DNA of 64,000 nucleotides from Candidatus Lokiarchaeum ossiferum (GTDB lineage Archaea; Asgardarchaeota; Lokiarchaeia; Sigyniarchaeales; Promethearchaeaceae): NCBI GenBank assembly GCA_025839675.1, contig CP104013.1, positions 2,977,121 to 3,041,120 of the forward strand, read 5' to 3'. Shown piece by piece: positions 49,592 to 58,920 of this stretch (position 1 is its first letter; each line of letters starts with the position of its first letter). The notes under the pieces were generated by a model. It saw only the letters and a program-made list of their open reading frames with translations, ran no database searches and was not told where the DNA came from. The position numbers and the translations under genes were made by a program.

Positions 49592-50296
49592 TTATTCTTC
49601 AAGCGAATCAAGAAGTGCTTGATTTTCTTCAACACTTAATAATTTCCAGAGTTTGTCTTCAGTGCTGATCATGGCAATTTCGAATCGATCTGTCTCAAAA
49701 TCGCCTTCCACCACTTCTTTCAACGTGTTAATGGTCAATTTCTTCAATTCTTCTAAGGACATATCTGGATTGTATTCTTTTGAGAGATATTCGCGAGCCG
49801 CGGGTGAACCGTTGCCGATGGCGCAAGCGTGATAACCCCAAAATGCCCCTGATGGGTCGGTCAAAAACAATTTGGTCCCATTATCAGGATCGACTCCCCC
49901 TACTAAGAGAGATACACCAAAGGGACGAACTCCTGCATTTTGAGTATATAATTGCATTTGGTCACATAAGTCGCGAGTAGTTTCTAAAATGCTTACTTTT
50001 TCGTTGTAGCTCAAAACGTTCACTTGCGCATGCACCCGTGCTTGATCAACCAAAGTGCGAGCATCTGCGGTAAGTCCTGCAATAGCGACACCAACGTGAT
50101 CGTCGATCTTGAATAATTTTTCGCTACCAATGTATTCCTGAAGTGGTAATCGGCGTTTTTCTACTGCAAAAATGACTCCGTCTTTGCTCTTAACTCCAAT
50201 TGCTGTGGTCCCTTGTCTGACTGCTTCGATTGCGTATTCTACTTGAAATAACCGTCCGTCTGGTGAAAATATCGTTATGGCTCTGTCATAGCCCAT
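49592..50296 (-). CDS. psmA: Proteasome subunit alpha
   Basis: MGYDRAITIFSPDGRLFQVEYAIEAV is the canonical alpha-subunit N-terminus. The protein is 234 aa. Confidence 0.95.
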   Translation of the reverse strand: MGYDRAITIFSPDGRLFQVEYAIEAVRQGTTAIGVKSKDGVIFAVEKRRLPLQEYIGSEKLFKIDDHVGVAIAGLTADARTLVDQARVHAQVNVLSYNEKVSILETTRDLCDQMQLYTQNAGVRPFGVSLLVGGVDPDNGTKLFLTDPSGAFWGYHACAIGNGSPAAREYLSKEYNPDMSLEELKKLTINTLKEVVEGDFETDRFEIAMISTEDKLWKLLSVEENQALLDSLEE

Positions 50297-50339
50297 GCCT
50301 GGTTGTGAGAAGATGTTTTTTTCAGCTCCGATTTAATGA

Positions 50340-50350
50340 TTTTATAGAAA
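50340..50350 (-). promoter_or_regulatory. Candidate TATA box upstream of psmA
   Basis: The minus-strand CTATAAAATC lies about 45-55 nt upstream of the psmA ATG. Confidence 0.25.
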
Positions 50351-50451
50351 AACTCTATATCTATTTGTAATTTAAATTGCTTTAAATTTTTTAGTAAGAT
50401 GGATCTTAGGTCATGTTCAGAAAAAAGTTATTAAAAAAAAATTCGCTGATT

Positions 50452-51819
50452 CTACTCTGGGATTTGATCTGAAATCATGTTTGGAGGACGAGTTTCTTTT
50501 CTAATGTAGTTAAATCCAATAATTTGTAATATAATTCCGCAGCCTACTCCAAAAATAACGAATATAATTCCCCCAACTAAATAATGTGAAGTAATAACTG
50601 CACCACCTATAAGCGTTCCAGGGATGCTAAACAATAAGATAAGTGTCGGTAAAAGGGAATATACGGAATTGCGAATTTCATTTGGCACCAAATCAAACAT
50701 AACTTTAGAATAATATAGATAAACTAGCCGGTAAGGGATTCCTAAAGAAATCCCAATCAGAATTAGACCAATGAACTTGCTGATTTGAAAAGTGGGGCTT
50801 GCAGGAACAATAACAATGTATCCCAGAATAACCATCAATCCACATATTATACCGATTTCGGCTACCACAAACCCGAGTTTTGGTTTTTTGGATTTTGAAG
50901 GGAACCTTTGAAGAAAGCTAATAAGAATTATATCAATAATTAATGAAATCCAACGTAACAATCCCAAATTAGCATCGGTAATGGCATAGGATTTATAGAA
51001 AGGAATAAAAATGAGTTTAGTCCAGACTTGATTTAAGAAAGTTTCAAAAAACGCAATTCCGATGAAAATAAAAAACATGTCTCTACGCTTAAAGATAAAA
51101 GCGAGGCCGTTTCTAAATTGATCAAAATAAGCTTGAATCGAGAGATTCTTACTTTCTGGATTTTTTTTATGTTCAATTTTCCAGATCACCAAGAGCATTA
51201 TTACAAAATAAAAAAACATCTCGATAAAAAATAGGAACCGGCGAGAGATATTTTGAGCAATAAGACCACTTAAGAAGCAAGTTAAGGCTGCAATTAGGAT
51301 ATAGACAATGTAAAGTCTTGCTTGAAACATGGTATAGATTTCGCGATTGGCATCAATCCCGCAGCTTAAATCTCGATATTTATTATCAAACCAAGAATCT
51401 AAAGCCCCTGAGAGTTGAGAATTGCCCAACCCAGAAAGTATTCCATACAGAATAAAATATAAAAAAGAAGGATTGATTACTAAAAAGACCAAGGACAGAA
51501 TTTTTAGAGAAAAAGCGAGAATCAAGACCAATTTTTGACCAAGCCAGTCACCTAGCACACCAGTGGGATAGTCAAAAAGTATCTGGGTAATAATTTGAAT
51601 TGAGAAGATTAAACTGACTTCCTGATAAGTCCATTGGTCTAAGAAGAAAAGCAACAAGAACGTATCTGTGCTACTATAGGCAATTGAGTATAAACACCAA
51701 ATAACCAAATAGAAAAATGAAATTTGCTGAAGTGGCCGAGGAAGAGAATGAAGTGAGAAAAATCTTGCCAAAAACGATGATGTTGTAGTGTTATCTCCAG
51801 ATGGTGTTTCAGAATTCAT
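50452..51819 (-). CDS. Polytopic membrane transporter, probably MFS-type
   Basis: There are about 12 predicted TM helices. The MFS motif-A-like region is DYPTGVLGDWLGQK. Confidence 0.45.
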   Translation of the reverse strand: MNSETPSGDNTTTSSFLARFFSLHSLPRPLQQISFFYLVIWCLYSIAYSSTDTFLLLFFLDQWTYQEVSLIFSIQIITQILFDYPTGVLGDWLGQKLVLILAFSLKILSLVFLVINPSFLYFILYGILSGLGNSQLSGALDSWFDNKYRDLSCGIDANREIYTMFQARLYIVYILIAALTCFLSGLIAQNISRRFLFFIEMFFYFVIMLLVIWKIEHKKNPESKNLSIQAYFDQFRNGLAFIFKRRDMFFIFIGIAFFETFLNQVWTKLIFIPFYKSYAITDANLGLLRWISLIIDIILISFLQRFPSKSKKPKLGFVVAEIGIICGLMVILGYIVIVPASPTFQISKFIGLILIGISLGIPYRLVYLYYSKVMFDLVPNEIRNSVYSLLPTLILLFSIPGTLIGGAVITSHYLVGGIIFVIFGVGCGIILQIIGFNYIRKETRPPNMISDQIPE

Positions 51820-51898
51820 AAAAGGGTGAAATAAAAATGCCTTAATAAACTTTAAGTCAGATTACCATTACAAAAGTGCTAGATAAAATGGATGAAGC

Positions 51899-52930
51899 TT
51901 AAAAAACCCAGCCCGATTTGACATCGACCCGTTTGCGTTCCAATGTATTATTTTTCAATATAAAAGCAAATCCAAGAGTTTTAAATGCCTCATCGACGAT
52001 GTCTTTGTTCAATGCGCACGTTTCCAAATATTGTACGTTAAGTTTTCTCGCGAGAGATTCGGCTTCTCCAGAAGAGATTTGTCGCTGTCCTTCTAAGTCT
52101 ATTTTATTCCCCACCAAAATCAGGAGAGTATCTGGTTCCACAGTAATTATCTCATCATACCAATCTTGAATGTGTTCAAAAGATTCTTTGTTTGTCACAT
52201 CAAATACTAAAAAACCAACGTTGGCTCCGAAATAGTACCCTTTGCGAATTTGTTTATAGATGGATTGACCACCTAAATCATAAATGGAATATTCGATGTT
52301 GCATTTCCAACGTGGATACTTCACGCCTTTGCTCATGATATTAATCCCAAGGGTGCTTTTATAGTCGCCTTCGAATTTGTCATGAATGAAATGTTCAACG
52401 AGTGTGGTTTTTCCAACACCAGAATCTCCGCCTAAAACAGCTTTGATGACATAATCCCCTTCTTCTTTCATTTCAAACCGATGAGGCCCTGAAATTAACC
52501 CATTATCATTAGATTGAAATTTAATTTTAGGAATGACGTAACTTATATTACGTCCCAGCCCAATTCGAGCAATTTTTTCAGTGCAGAGATACACATATGG
52601 GAGAAATTGAGCAGTATTTTCCTTTACAGAACTGATAAATATTGCGATGTAATCATCTCCAGCTACCGATACGATTACATTAATGGATAGGGTGTTGAAA
52701 GAAAATGTGCTATGTTCTTGACGAATATTATCAAAGAAATAATCAAACATGCGAGAATAGAAGAAGTTAGAAATATCGGCTTTAGTCATTTCCGATAAAT
52801 TTTCTTGTTCAATTTGGGTAACGATTTGTTTATCTGGATCCATAAGGCCAACAAATAGCAAATTTTCGCCCAAGGTCGAAAGCATTGATTGAAATAGAAG
52901 ATCTACTTTCGGAATATCCATCGCTACCAT
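51899..52930 (-). CDS. Roadblock/LC7(MglB-like) domain fused to a Ras-superfamily small GTPase
   Basis: The C-terminal GTPase has G1 GGDSGVGKTT, a switch I Thr in TLGINI, G3 YDLGGQ, G4 GNKIDL and G5 TCALNK. The roughly 150-aa N-terminal domain is roadblock-like. Confidence 0.65.
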   Translation of the reverse strand: MVAMDIPKVDLLFQSMLSTLGENLLFVGLMDPDKQIVTQIEQENLSEMTKADISNFFYSRMFDYFFDNIRQEHSTFSFNTLSINVIVSVAGDDYIAIFISSVKENTAQFLPYVYLCTEKIARIGLGRNISYVIPKIKFQSNDNGLISGPHRFEMKEEGDYVIKAVLGGDSGVGKTTLVEHFIHDKFEGDYKSTLGINIMSKGVKYPRWKCNIEYSIYDLGGQSIYKQIRKGYYFGANVGFLVFDVTNKESFEHIQDWYDEIITVEPDTLLILVGNKIDLEGQRQISSGEAESLARKLNVQYLETCALNKDIVDEAFKTLGFAFILKNNTLERKRVDVKSGWVF

Positions 52931-52966
52931 TATAATTTATTATATACGCCACCTTAATTTAAATTA

Positions 52967-54220
52967 ATGACATTGGATGAAAAAAACTCCAAGGAAAATT
53001 TAATTCACGACATTCATGTATTACAGACGAAATTAAAACAATACATCGATATTCGTACCCCATTTAAACTAACTGAGGATCACCCAGAGAATTTTGATTT
53101 TGAGCGGTATCAAAAAATGAATCGACGATCCTTGGAATTAATCTTACAATCCTTGCAAGAACAGATCAAATTTTATGAAGAGGCAGATGCAAATCCTATT
53201 GATATTAAAAAACCGAAGAATATGCCTGTAAATGTATTTTTTGATATTTTTCTTAATTCAGGAATGGCCACTATCATTGAAAATGATCTCAGCCAAACCA
53301 TTTTGATCAATCAACAAGCGTGTAATCTCTTTGGTTATTCTGCCCAAGAATTGTTATCACTTCATCCAACGGATCTACAACATATAACCCAAGAAAAATC
53401 ATTAGTACCTATCTATACTGATGGTAAATTAAACCGGTTCACAACTTATGAAACCAATTTTAAACGGAAAGATGGTAGTATTTTTCCAGGGGAATTACGA
53501 TTAATTCGATTAGAATATAATGTCTCAGTGTACGTAGTTGCAATGATCACTGATATTTCTAAACGAAAACGAGCAGAAGCAAAACAACAAGCCCTAATTG
53601 TAGAATTGCAAGAAGCATTATCAAAAATTCAGCAATTGCAAAAATTAGTCCCTGTATGTGGGATGTGTAAAAAAATTCGTAACGATCAAGGGTATTGGAA
53701 TCAGCTTGATACTTTTGTGCAAGAAGTTGCAGATGTCTCTTTCAGCTATGAACTCTGCCCAGACTGCAAAAAAAAGAACTGGCGCTTGATTTTAAGTTAT
53801 TTTGATGCGTTCTTTGGACCAATAATACTGCATTTCACACCAAAAGATGAAAAAATGGAAGAATTTCAAGACTTACCACTATTGTTAGATTACGAAAAAG
53901 AGGGCTATTTTGAAATGACTTTGGGGCAAGCTCGTATTCTAAATTTGCAATATAAACTTTCAAGTATGCAAGCTCGCGGTCAACATGAATTGATCATGAT
54001 ATCATTTGCCGTGTTTGATGGAAATATCAATGAAGAAATCGGAAAAGAAATTATTGAGGATATCTTAGATCGAATGCTTAAAATCGAAAATGTGGAAATT
54101 GTTTTTAACAATCAATCCCAAAAAACCCCCGAAGGTATGGCAAAATTTAAAGAAATTGAAGAAATTTTCCAAGAAGTATATAATTCCATCGAAAATAAGC
54201 TAAAAGCACATTTATATTAG
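52967..54220 (+). CDS. PAS sensor protein with internal 4-Cys (CxxC...CxxC) motif and C-terminal unknown domain
   Basis: The PAS region is SAQELLSLHPTDL...GELRLIRLEYN. VPVCGMCKKIRNDQGYWNQLDTFVQEVADVSFSYELCPDCKKKNW is paralogous to the C-terminus of ORF 24924-25997. Confidence 0.5.
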   Translation: MTLDEKNSKENLIHDIHVLQTKLKQYIDIRTPFKLTEDHPENFDFERYQKMNRRSLELILQSLQEQIKFYEEADANPIDIKKPKNMPVNVFFDIFLNSGMATIIENDLSQTILINQQACNLFGYSAQELLSLHPTDLQHITQEKSLVPIYTDGKLNRFTTYETNFKRKDGSIFPGELRLIRLEYNVSVYVVAMITDISKRKRAEAKQQALIVELQEALSKIQQLQKLVPVCGMCKKIRNDQGYWNQLDTFVQEVADVSFSYELCPDCKKKNWRLILSYFDAFFGPIILHFTPKDEKMEEFQDLPLLLDYEKEGYFEMTLGQARILNLQYKLSSMQARGQHELIMISFAVFDGNINEEIGKEIIEDILDRMLKIENVEIVFNNQSQKTPEGMAKFKEIEEIFQEVYNSIENKLKAHLY

Positions 54221-54231
54221 GTTGTTTTGCC

Positions 54232-55062
54232 ATGAGAAATAAACCGACGATCCAAATAATATTTTTTTCCCCAACTGGCAATACTCGAAAAATATGTGCC
54301 ACGATAGCCAACGGAACTCAATTACCGCTGGCATCTCCCCCCTTTTTAAATATTTCATCAATTAATCTCCGTGACAAAAATAAGATTAACATTGCAGGAG
54401 ATATTATCATTTTGGGATCACCCGTATATGTTGAAACGATGCCCAAGACGGTTTTTGAAGTTATTCAAAAACTGGAGGGACAAGGGAAGTGGATCATTCC
54501 GGTGGCCGTAAATGGCAATGTGTCTTTTGGCAGATGTTTAGAAGAATTAATTGGGTTATTGCGTAACAGAGGTTTTAAAATTCTTGCGGGAGCGAAGTTT
54601 GTAGGTCGTAATTCTCTTTCAAATGAGACCCTTCTTTTAGGAGAAAATCGCCCTGATGCAACAGATATTAAACGAGCCACCAAATTTGGCCAAAATCTCT
54701 GGAAAAAATGGCAAGAAGGCCCCGAAGAAATCACCATTAAAGGAAGTATTCCTGACTTTATTCAGGGGCATCCTGAAATTCGGGCCCGAAGAATGGTCAA
54801 AATCCCGCAAATAGATCTTATATTGTGCACCAAATGTCGTGAATGTTGGGCAGCTTGTCCGGTTGAGGCAATTGATTTTGATTGCTTCACCCAGATGGAT
54901 TTTGATCTGGTAATTGACAAAGAGAAATGCATTCGATGTTTTGCATGTGTGCAAAGTTGTCCCTTTGGAGCATTAACCAAAGAATTGACTATGCCACCAG
55001 AGATGAAAGCAGATTTCGACCAATATACGGAAATTTATCAAAAACCTGAGATTTTTCTTTAA
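54232..55062 (+). CDS. Flavodoxin-like domain protein with C-terminal 2x[4Fe-4S] ferredoxin
   Basis: The N-terminal IQIIFFSPTGNTRKI is flavodoxin-fold-like. CTKCRECWAACP and CIRCFACVQSCP are ferredoxin motifs. Confidence 0.55.
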   Translation: MRNKPTIQIIFFSPTGNTRKICATIANGTQLPLASPPFLNISSINLRDKNKINIAGDIIILGSPVYVETMPKTVFEVIQKLEGQGKWIIPVAVNGNVSFGRCLEELIGLLRNRGFKILAGAKFVGRNSLSNETLLLGENRPDATDIKRATKFGQNLWKKWQEGPEEITIKGSIPDFIQGHPEIRARRMVKIPQIDLILCTKCRECWAACPVEAIDFDCFTQMDFDLVIDKEKCIRCFACVQSCPFGALTKELTMPPEMKADFDQYTEIYQKPEIFL

Positions 55063-55145
55063 TACTTCAGTTCATTGAAATTTCATTTTTCTCTAAAAAC
55101 TCAAGGTGAATCTTTAATTTCTTTTTCAGCATTTGTATAACCATA

Positions 55146-56498
55146 ATGATTACTTCAGAATTACTTGACGAAACAGTCAATCTTCTTTCAAAACTTATTC
55201 AAAATCGGTGTGTAAACCCGCCAGGAACGGAACTGGTAAATATCAAGACGATCGGGGAATATTTATCTACGAAAGGGGTTGAATATCAAATCTTTGAATC
55301 AGCTCCAAACAGAGGTAATTTATGGGCAAAACTCTCGGGAACAAGCGATGCACCTTCGATGATGTTCGGTCCTTCCCATGTAGATGTAGTGCCGATTGCC
55401 AAACCTAAAGCATGGACTGTTGACCCATTTGCAGGCGAAATAAAAGATGGTTTTGTCTGGGGCCGAGGGGCGATGGACATGCTATTCATTGTTGCCACCC
55501 AAACCGTCGCTTTTGCCCAACTGCATCAAGAGAAATTTCAACCAAAAGGAGATTTAATCCTATTCATCGTAGCCGATGAAGAAGCGGGGGGAACCTTTGG
55601 GGTGAACTGGATGCTTGAACATCACCCCGATTTATTGAAAGTTGATTTTTGTGTTTCAGAAATGGGAGGTGCAGCCTTAGATGAAGGAAAAGTTGTGTTT
55701 ATGCTGGGTGAAAAAGGGGGAGCTTGGAAAAAAATTACTTTTACGGGCACTCCAGGGCATGGATCTATGCCGTATGCAAGCGATAATGCCGCAGTTAAAG
55801 CAGCCAAAGCCATATTGCGAATTCGAAAGTATGGTGACTCACAAATACCATTAACTACCGAATATTTAACGTATCTTGCTGATGGATTAGGAATGGGGAA
55901 GCTTCAAAAATTTATGATTACGACTCCCCTCTTATTGCCTATGACGCTCAAGCTTCTTAATAAAAAAGACCCTAATACTGCAAAAATTGTTCATAGTTTA
56001 AGTCGGATGACGATGTCACCCAATATGGTGTCAGGAGGAGTTAAAGCGAACGTCATTCCTGCTGAAACTTCAATTGTCGTTGATATTCGAACTTTACCAG
56101 GGCAAGATGATGTATATGTTATGAAACACTTGCAAAAGGCGTTGGGAGATCTCGCTCTAAAGGCAAGAATTGAGGCAATTTCTGAAGAAGATGGGGGAAT
56201 TGCATCTAGTGGAAATGCAAGTGTGCCTCAATCTAACTTTGTATCAGCTATGCAAGAAGCTGTAAATCAAGAAATCCCTGGATCGACGTTAGTTCCCTTC
56301 CTGATGCCTGGTGTCACAGATATGCGCTATTTTCGCGACCGCGGAGCCCAATGTTATGGATTTTCACTATTAGATCCAAAAACGAGCACCAAAGATATGG
56401 CAGGATTACCTCATGGTGTAGATGAACGAATTCGGATTCGAACCGTGGAATTGACTCTCAAAGTCTACTACAATCTTGCTCAAATATTTCTAAAATAG
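55146..56498 (+). CDS. M20-family metallopeptidase (ArgE/DapE/carboxypeptidase-like)
   Basis: SHVDVVP, GRGAMDM, VADEEAGG and the C-terminal HGVDERI are M20 metal-binding and catalytic motifs. Confidence 0.75.
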   Translation: MITSELLDETVNLLSKLIQNRCVNPPGTELVNIKTIGEYLSTKGVEYQIFESAPNRGNLWAKLSGTSDAPSMMFGPSHVDVVPIAKPKAWTVDPFAGEIKDGFVWGRGAMDMLFIVATQTVAFAQLHQEKFQPKGDLILFIVADEEAGGTFGVNWMLEHHPDLLKVDFCVSEMGGAALDEGKVVFMLGEKGGAWKKITFTGTPGHGSMPYASDNAAVKAAKAILRIRKYGDSQIPLTTEYLTYLADGLGMGKLQKFMITTPLLLPMTLKLLNKKDPNTAKIVHSLSRMTMSPNMVSGGVKANVIPAETSIVVDIRTLPGQDDVYVMKHLQKALGDLALKARIEAISEEDGGIASSGNASVPQSNFVSAMQEAVNQEIPGSTLVPFLMPGVTDMRYFRDRGAQCYGFSLLDPKTSTKDMAGLPHGVDERIRIRTVELTLKVYYNLAQIFLK

Positions 56499-56520
56499 TT
56501 TTTTTTTCTTTTGTTGCTAT

Positions 56521-57033
56521 TTATGATTTTTCTGTGACCAAAGTAGACCATGGAACTTGTTTTACAGTCGGACGTAAAAAATGATCGTCTTCAACTACGT
56601 TAAAGGTAAGATGAGGAAATATAGAAATAGATTTTTGGCGTACAATATTTATGGATACAACTTGATCTTGTTGACCGTGATATATGGTAGTGGGAACAGA
56701 TAAAGATGGAATATCCATATTTTGGGGCATATACGGAGGAATTAAGGCCGGGGCAAATAAAATGAGTTGATCTACCTTTTCAGGAAATTTACTCGCGTAT
56801 TTAACAGACATCAATCCACCAAAACTGGACCCAATTAATATCCAATCATCATGCGGAGCTAAAATTGGAATTAATTGTTCCATACGTTCTTCAAGTTCTC
56901 CCGTAAAATTAGGAGTTAGAATGTGCGGAAAGATTGTTTTAAGATAGGTTCCTTTATATCCTTGACCAGAACTCTCATAACCATGAATGAAAATGATATT
57001 TTTTCGGTAAATGGGAGTTGTTTGCTTTTCCAT
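56521..57033 (-). CDS. Alpha/beta-hydrolase fold esterase (YqiA-like)
   Basis: IIFIHGYESS and the nucleophile elbow LIGSSFGG are present. The protein is 170 aa. Confidence 0.5.
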   Translation of the reverse strand: MEKQTTPIYRKNIIFIHGYESSGQGYKGTYLKTIFPHILTPNFTGELEERMEQLIPILAPHDDWILIGSSFGGLMSVKYASKFPEKVDQLILFAPALIPPYMPQNMDIPSLSVPTTIYHGQQDQVVSINIVRQKSISIFPHLTFNVVEDDHFLRPTVKQVPWSTLVTEKS

Positions 57034-57095
57034 AATTAGAGATACTCATAGCGAAACAAAAACTTTTTCAAGGAAACACTCTAGTTTTCCGTAAG

Positions 57096-57929
57096 ATGCA
57101 AATCGAACCCATGTGTTTTGAAGACCTTGAATTTGCCTTGAAGTTAATAGATATCGAAAAATGGGGACAAGGGCGGGAGGAAGTGGAGGATTTATTTGAG
57201 TTATCCCCAGACACTATTTTTATTGCAAAAGTTGAAGGGACCCCCGTTGGAATGGCGTTTGGAGTAAAATATGATAAATATGCATTTTTAGCAGATGTAA
57301 TTGTGTGTGAAGAAGAGCGCGGGAAAGGATATGGAAAAAAATTAGTCCAACATACCCTTGCTACCCTTAATCAACAGGGAATTGAAAATATTTATTTAGA
57401 TGGTGTACCCAAGATCACTCCGTTATATGCTGCTGAAGGATTTAAACCTATGTGTAAATCGTTTCGACTATATGGACAAATTCCTTTTCAATCTTCAGAT
57501 CGGATACGTCAAATGGAAGAATCTGATTTAGATGAAATATGTGCGATGGATTTCAAATATTTTCAAAGTGATCGTTCTTTATTGTTGATAACTCTATTTC
57601 AAAAACATCCAGATTTATGCAAAGTCTACATTGAAGAGAACCAAATCCAAGGATATATCATGGCAGCCCCCAGGGAAAATTGCATTAAAGTGGGACCATG
57701 GGTGGTCAATAATCCCAAAAAAAGCGTGAAATGCATGCTGACAAGTTTCGGTTCACCTTCAGAAACCCCCCAACTCTTTATAGGTATCTTAGAATCTCAA
57801 CAACAAGCACTTCAAATTGCTACAGATTTGGGATTTGAGTCACATTATTTCTCTATCCGCATGCATCGCGGACCAAATCCAATTTCAACCCCCCATATTT
57901 TCGCCATTATGGGTCCCGATCGCGGATAA
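57096..57929 (+). CDS. GNAT-family N-acetyltransferase
   Basis: VCEEERGKGYGKKLVQHTL is a CoA-binding-type motif. Confidence 0.55.
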   Translation: MQIEPMCFEDLEFALKLIDIEKWGQGREEVEDLFELSPDTIFIAKVEGTPVGMAFGVKYDKYAFLADVIVCEEERGKGYGKKLVQHTLATLNQQGIENIYLDGVPKITPLYAAEGFKPMCKSFRLYGQIPFQSSDRIRQMEESDLDEICAMDFKYFQSDRSLLLITLFQKHPDLCKVYIEENQIQGYIMAAPRENCIKVGPWVVNNPKKSVKCMLTSFGSPSETPQLFIGILESQQQALQIATDLGFESHYFSIRMHRGPNPISTPHIFAIMGPDRG

Positions 57930-57977
57930 AAAATTTTCAACCAAATCTATAAAACTATTTTCCAACAATATTTATCC

Positions 57978-58883
57978 ATGACATTTTCAATTGTTGCATA
58001 TGATCCCAATACGGGAGATTTTGGGGTTGCAGTTCAGAGTAAATTTATCTGTGTTGGACCAGTTGTACCGTTTGCCCAAGCAAATGTAGGAGCAGTTGCC
58101 ACTCAGGCACATTGTAATACGTCTTTTGGCCCGAGAGGATTAGAACTGATGGGTTCAGGTATGAAAGCAGATGATGCATTAAAAAAAATACTTGCTAATG
58201 ATGAACTTAAGGATCATCGACAAGTAGGACTGATAGATTCCTATGGAAATGCGACAGCTTTCACTGGAAAGGAATGTTTTCATTGGGCGGGACATATTAT
58301 TGGAGATCATTTTACTTGTCAAGGAAATATATTAATCAGCGCAGACACAGTCGAAGGAATGGCAAAGGCATATGAAACGACGAAGGGAGATCTTCCCACC
58401 CGATTACTCGCTGCACTTCATTCAGCGGATCAAGAAGGTCGAGGAGATGCGCGAGGTCAACAATCTGCTTCTTTACTGGTAGTTCGCGAGAAGGGGGGAT
58501 ATGGAGGGTTTACCGATCGATGGGTAGACATCAGGGTTGATGAACATCCACATCCAATCAAAGAATTGCATCGTATCTTTCAAATTTATGATATGACCAT
58601 GCTGGAACGAGAAAATCCTGCTAGGTTACTGCCTCTTGATAAAAATCGTATTGAAAATATAATTGCTGTTCTTGAAGAATTGGGATATCTTTCATCAAAT
58701 CATGGGGGACCTCGTGATAGTTGGACCACCGAATATGCTAAAGCTTTTGAAAATTGGATTGGCATTAATAATTTCGAGAATAAATGGCGAAATGATGGCA
58801 AAATTTGGCAATCCATCTATGATTATATGCTGAAGGAAAAAGGAACCCCCTTTGTGTCCTTGAAAAAAATGTCCGAAATATAA
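57978..58883 (+). CDS. DUF1028-like Ntn-hydrolase-fold protein
   Basis: MTFSIVAYDPNTGDFGVAVQSKF...VGAVATQA matches the DUF1028 N-terminal pattern. Confidence 0.5.
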   Translation: MTFSIVAYDPNTGDFGVAVQSKFICVGPVVPFAQANVGAVATQAHCNTSFGPRGLELMGSGMKADDALKKILANDELKDHRQVGLIDSYGNATAFTGKECFHWAGHIIGDHFTCQGNILISADTVEGMAKAYETTKGDLPTRLLAALHSADQEGRGDARGQQSASLLVVREKGGYGGFTDRWVDIRVDEHPHPIKELHRIFQIYDMTMLERENPARLLPLDKNRIENIIAVLEELGYLSSNHGGPRDSWTTEYAKAFENWIGINNFENKWRNDGKIWQSIYDYMLKEKGTPFVSLKKMSEI

Positions 58884-58920
58884 ACGTAATGAAAAAACTT
58901 AGGGAAAAAAAGAGAAGAAA

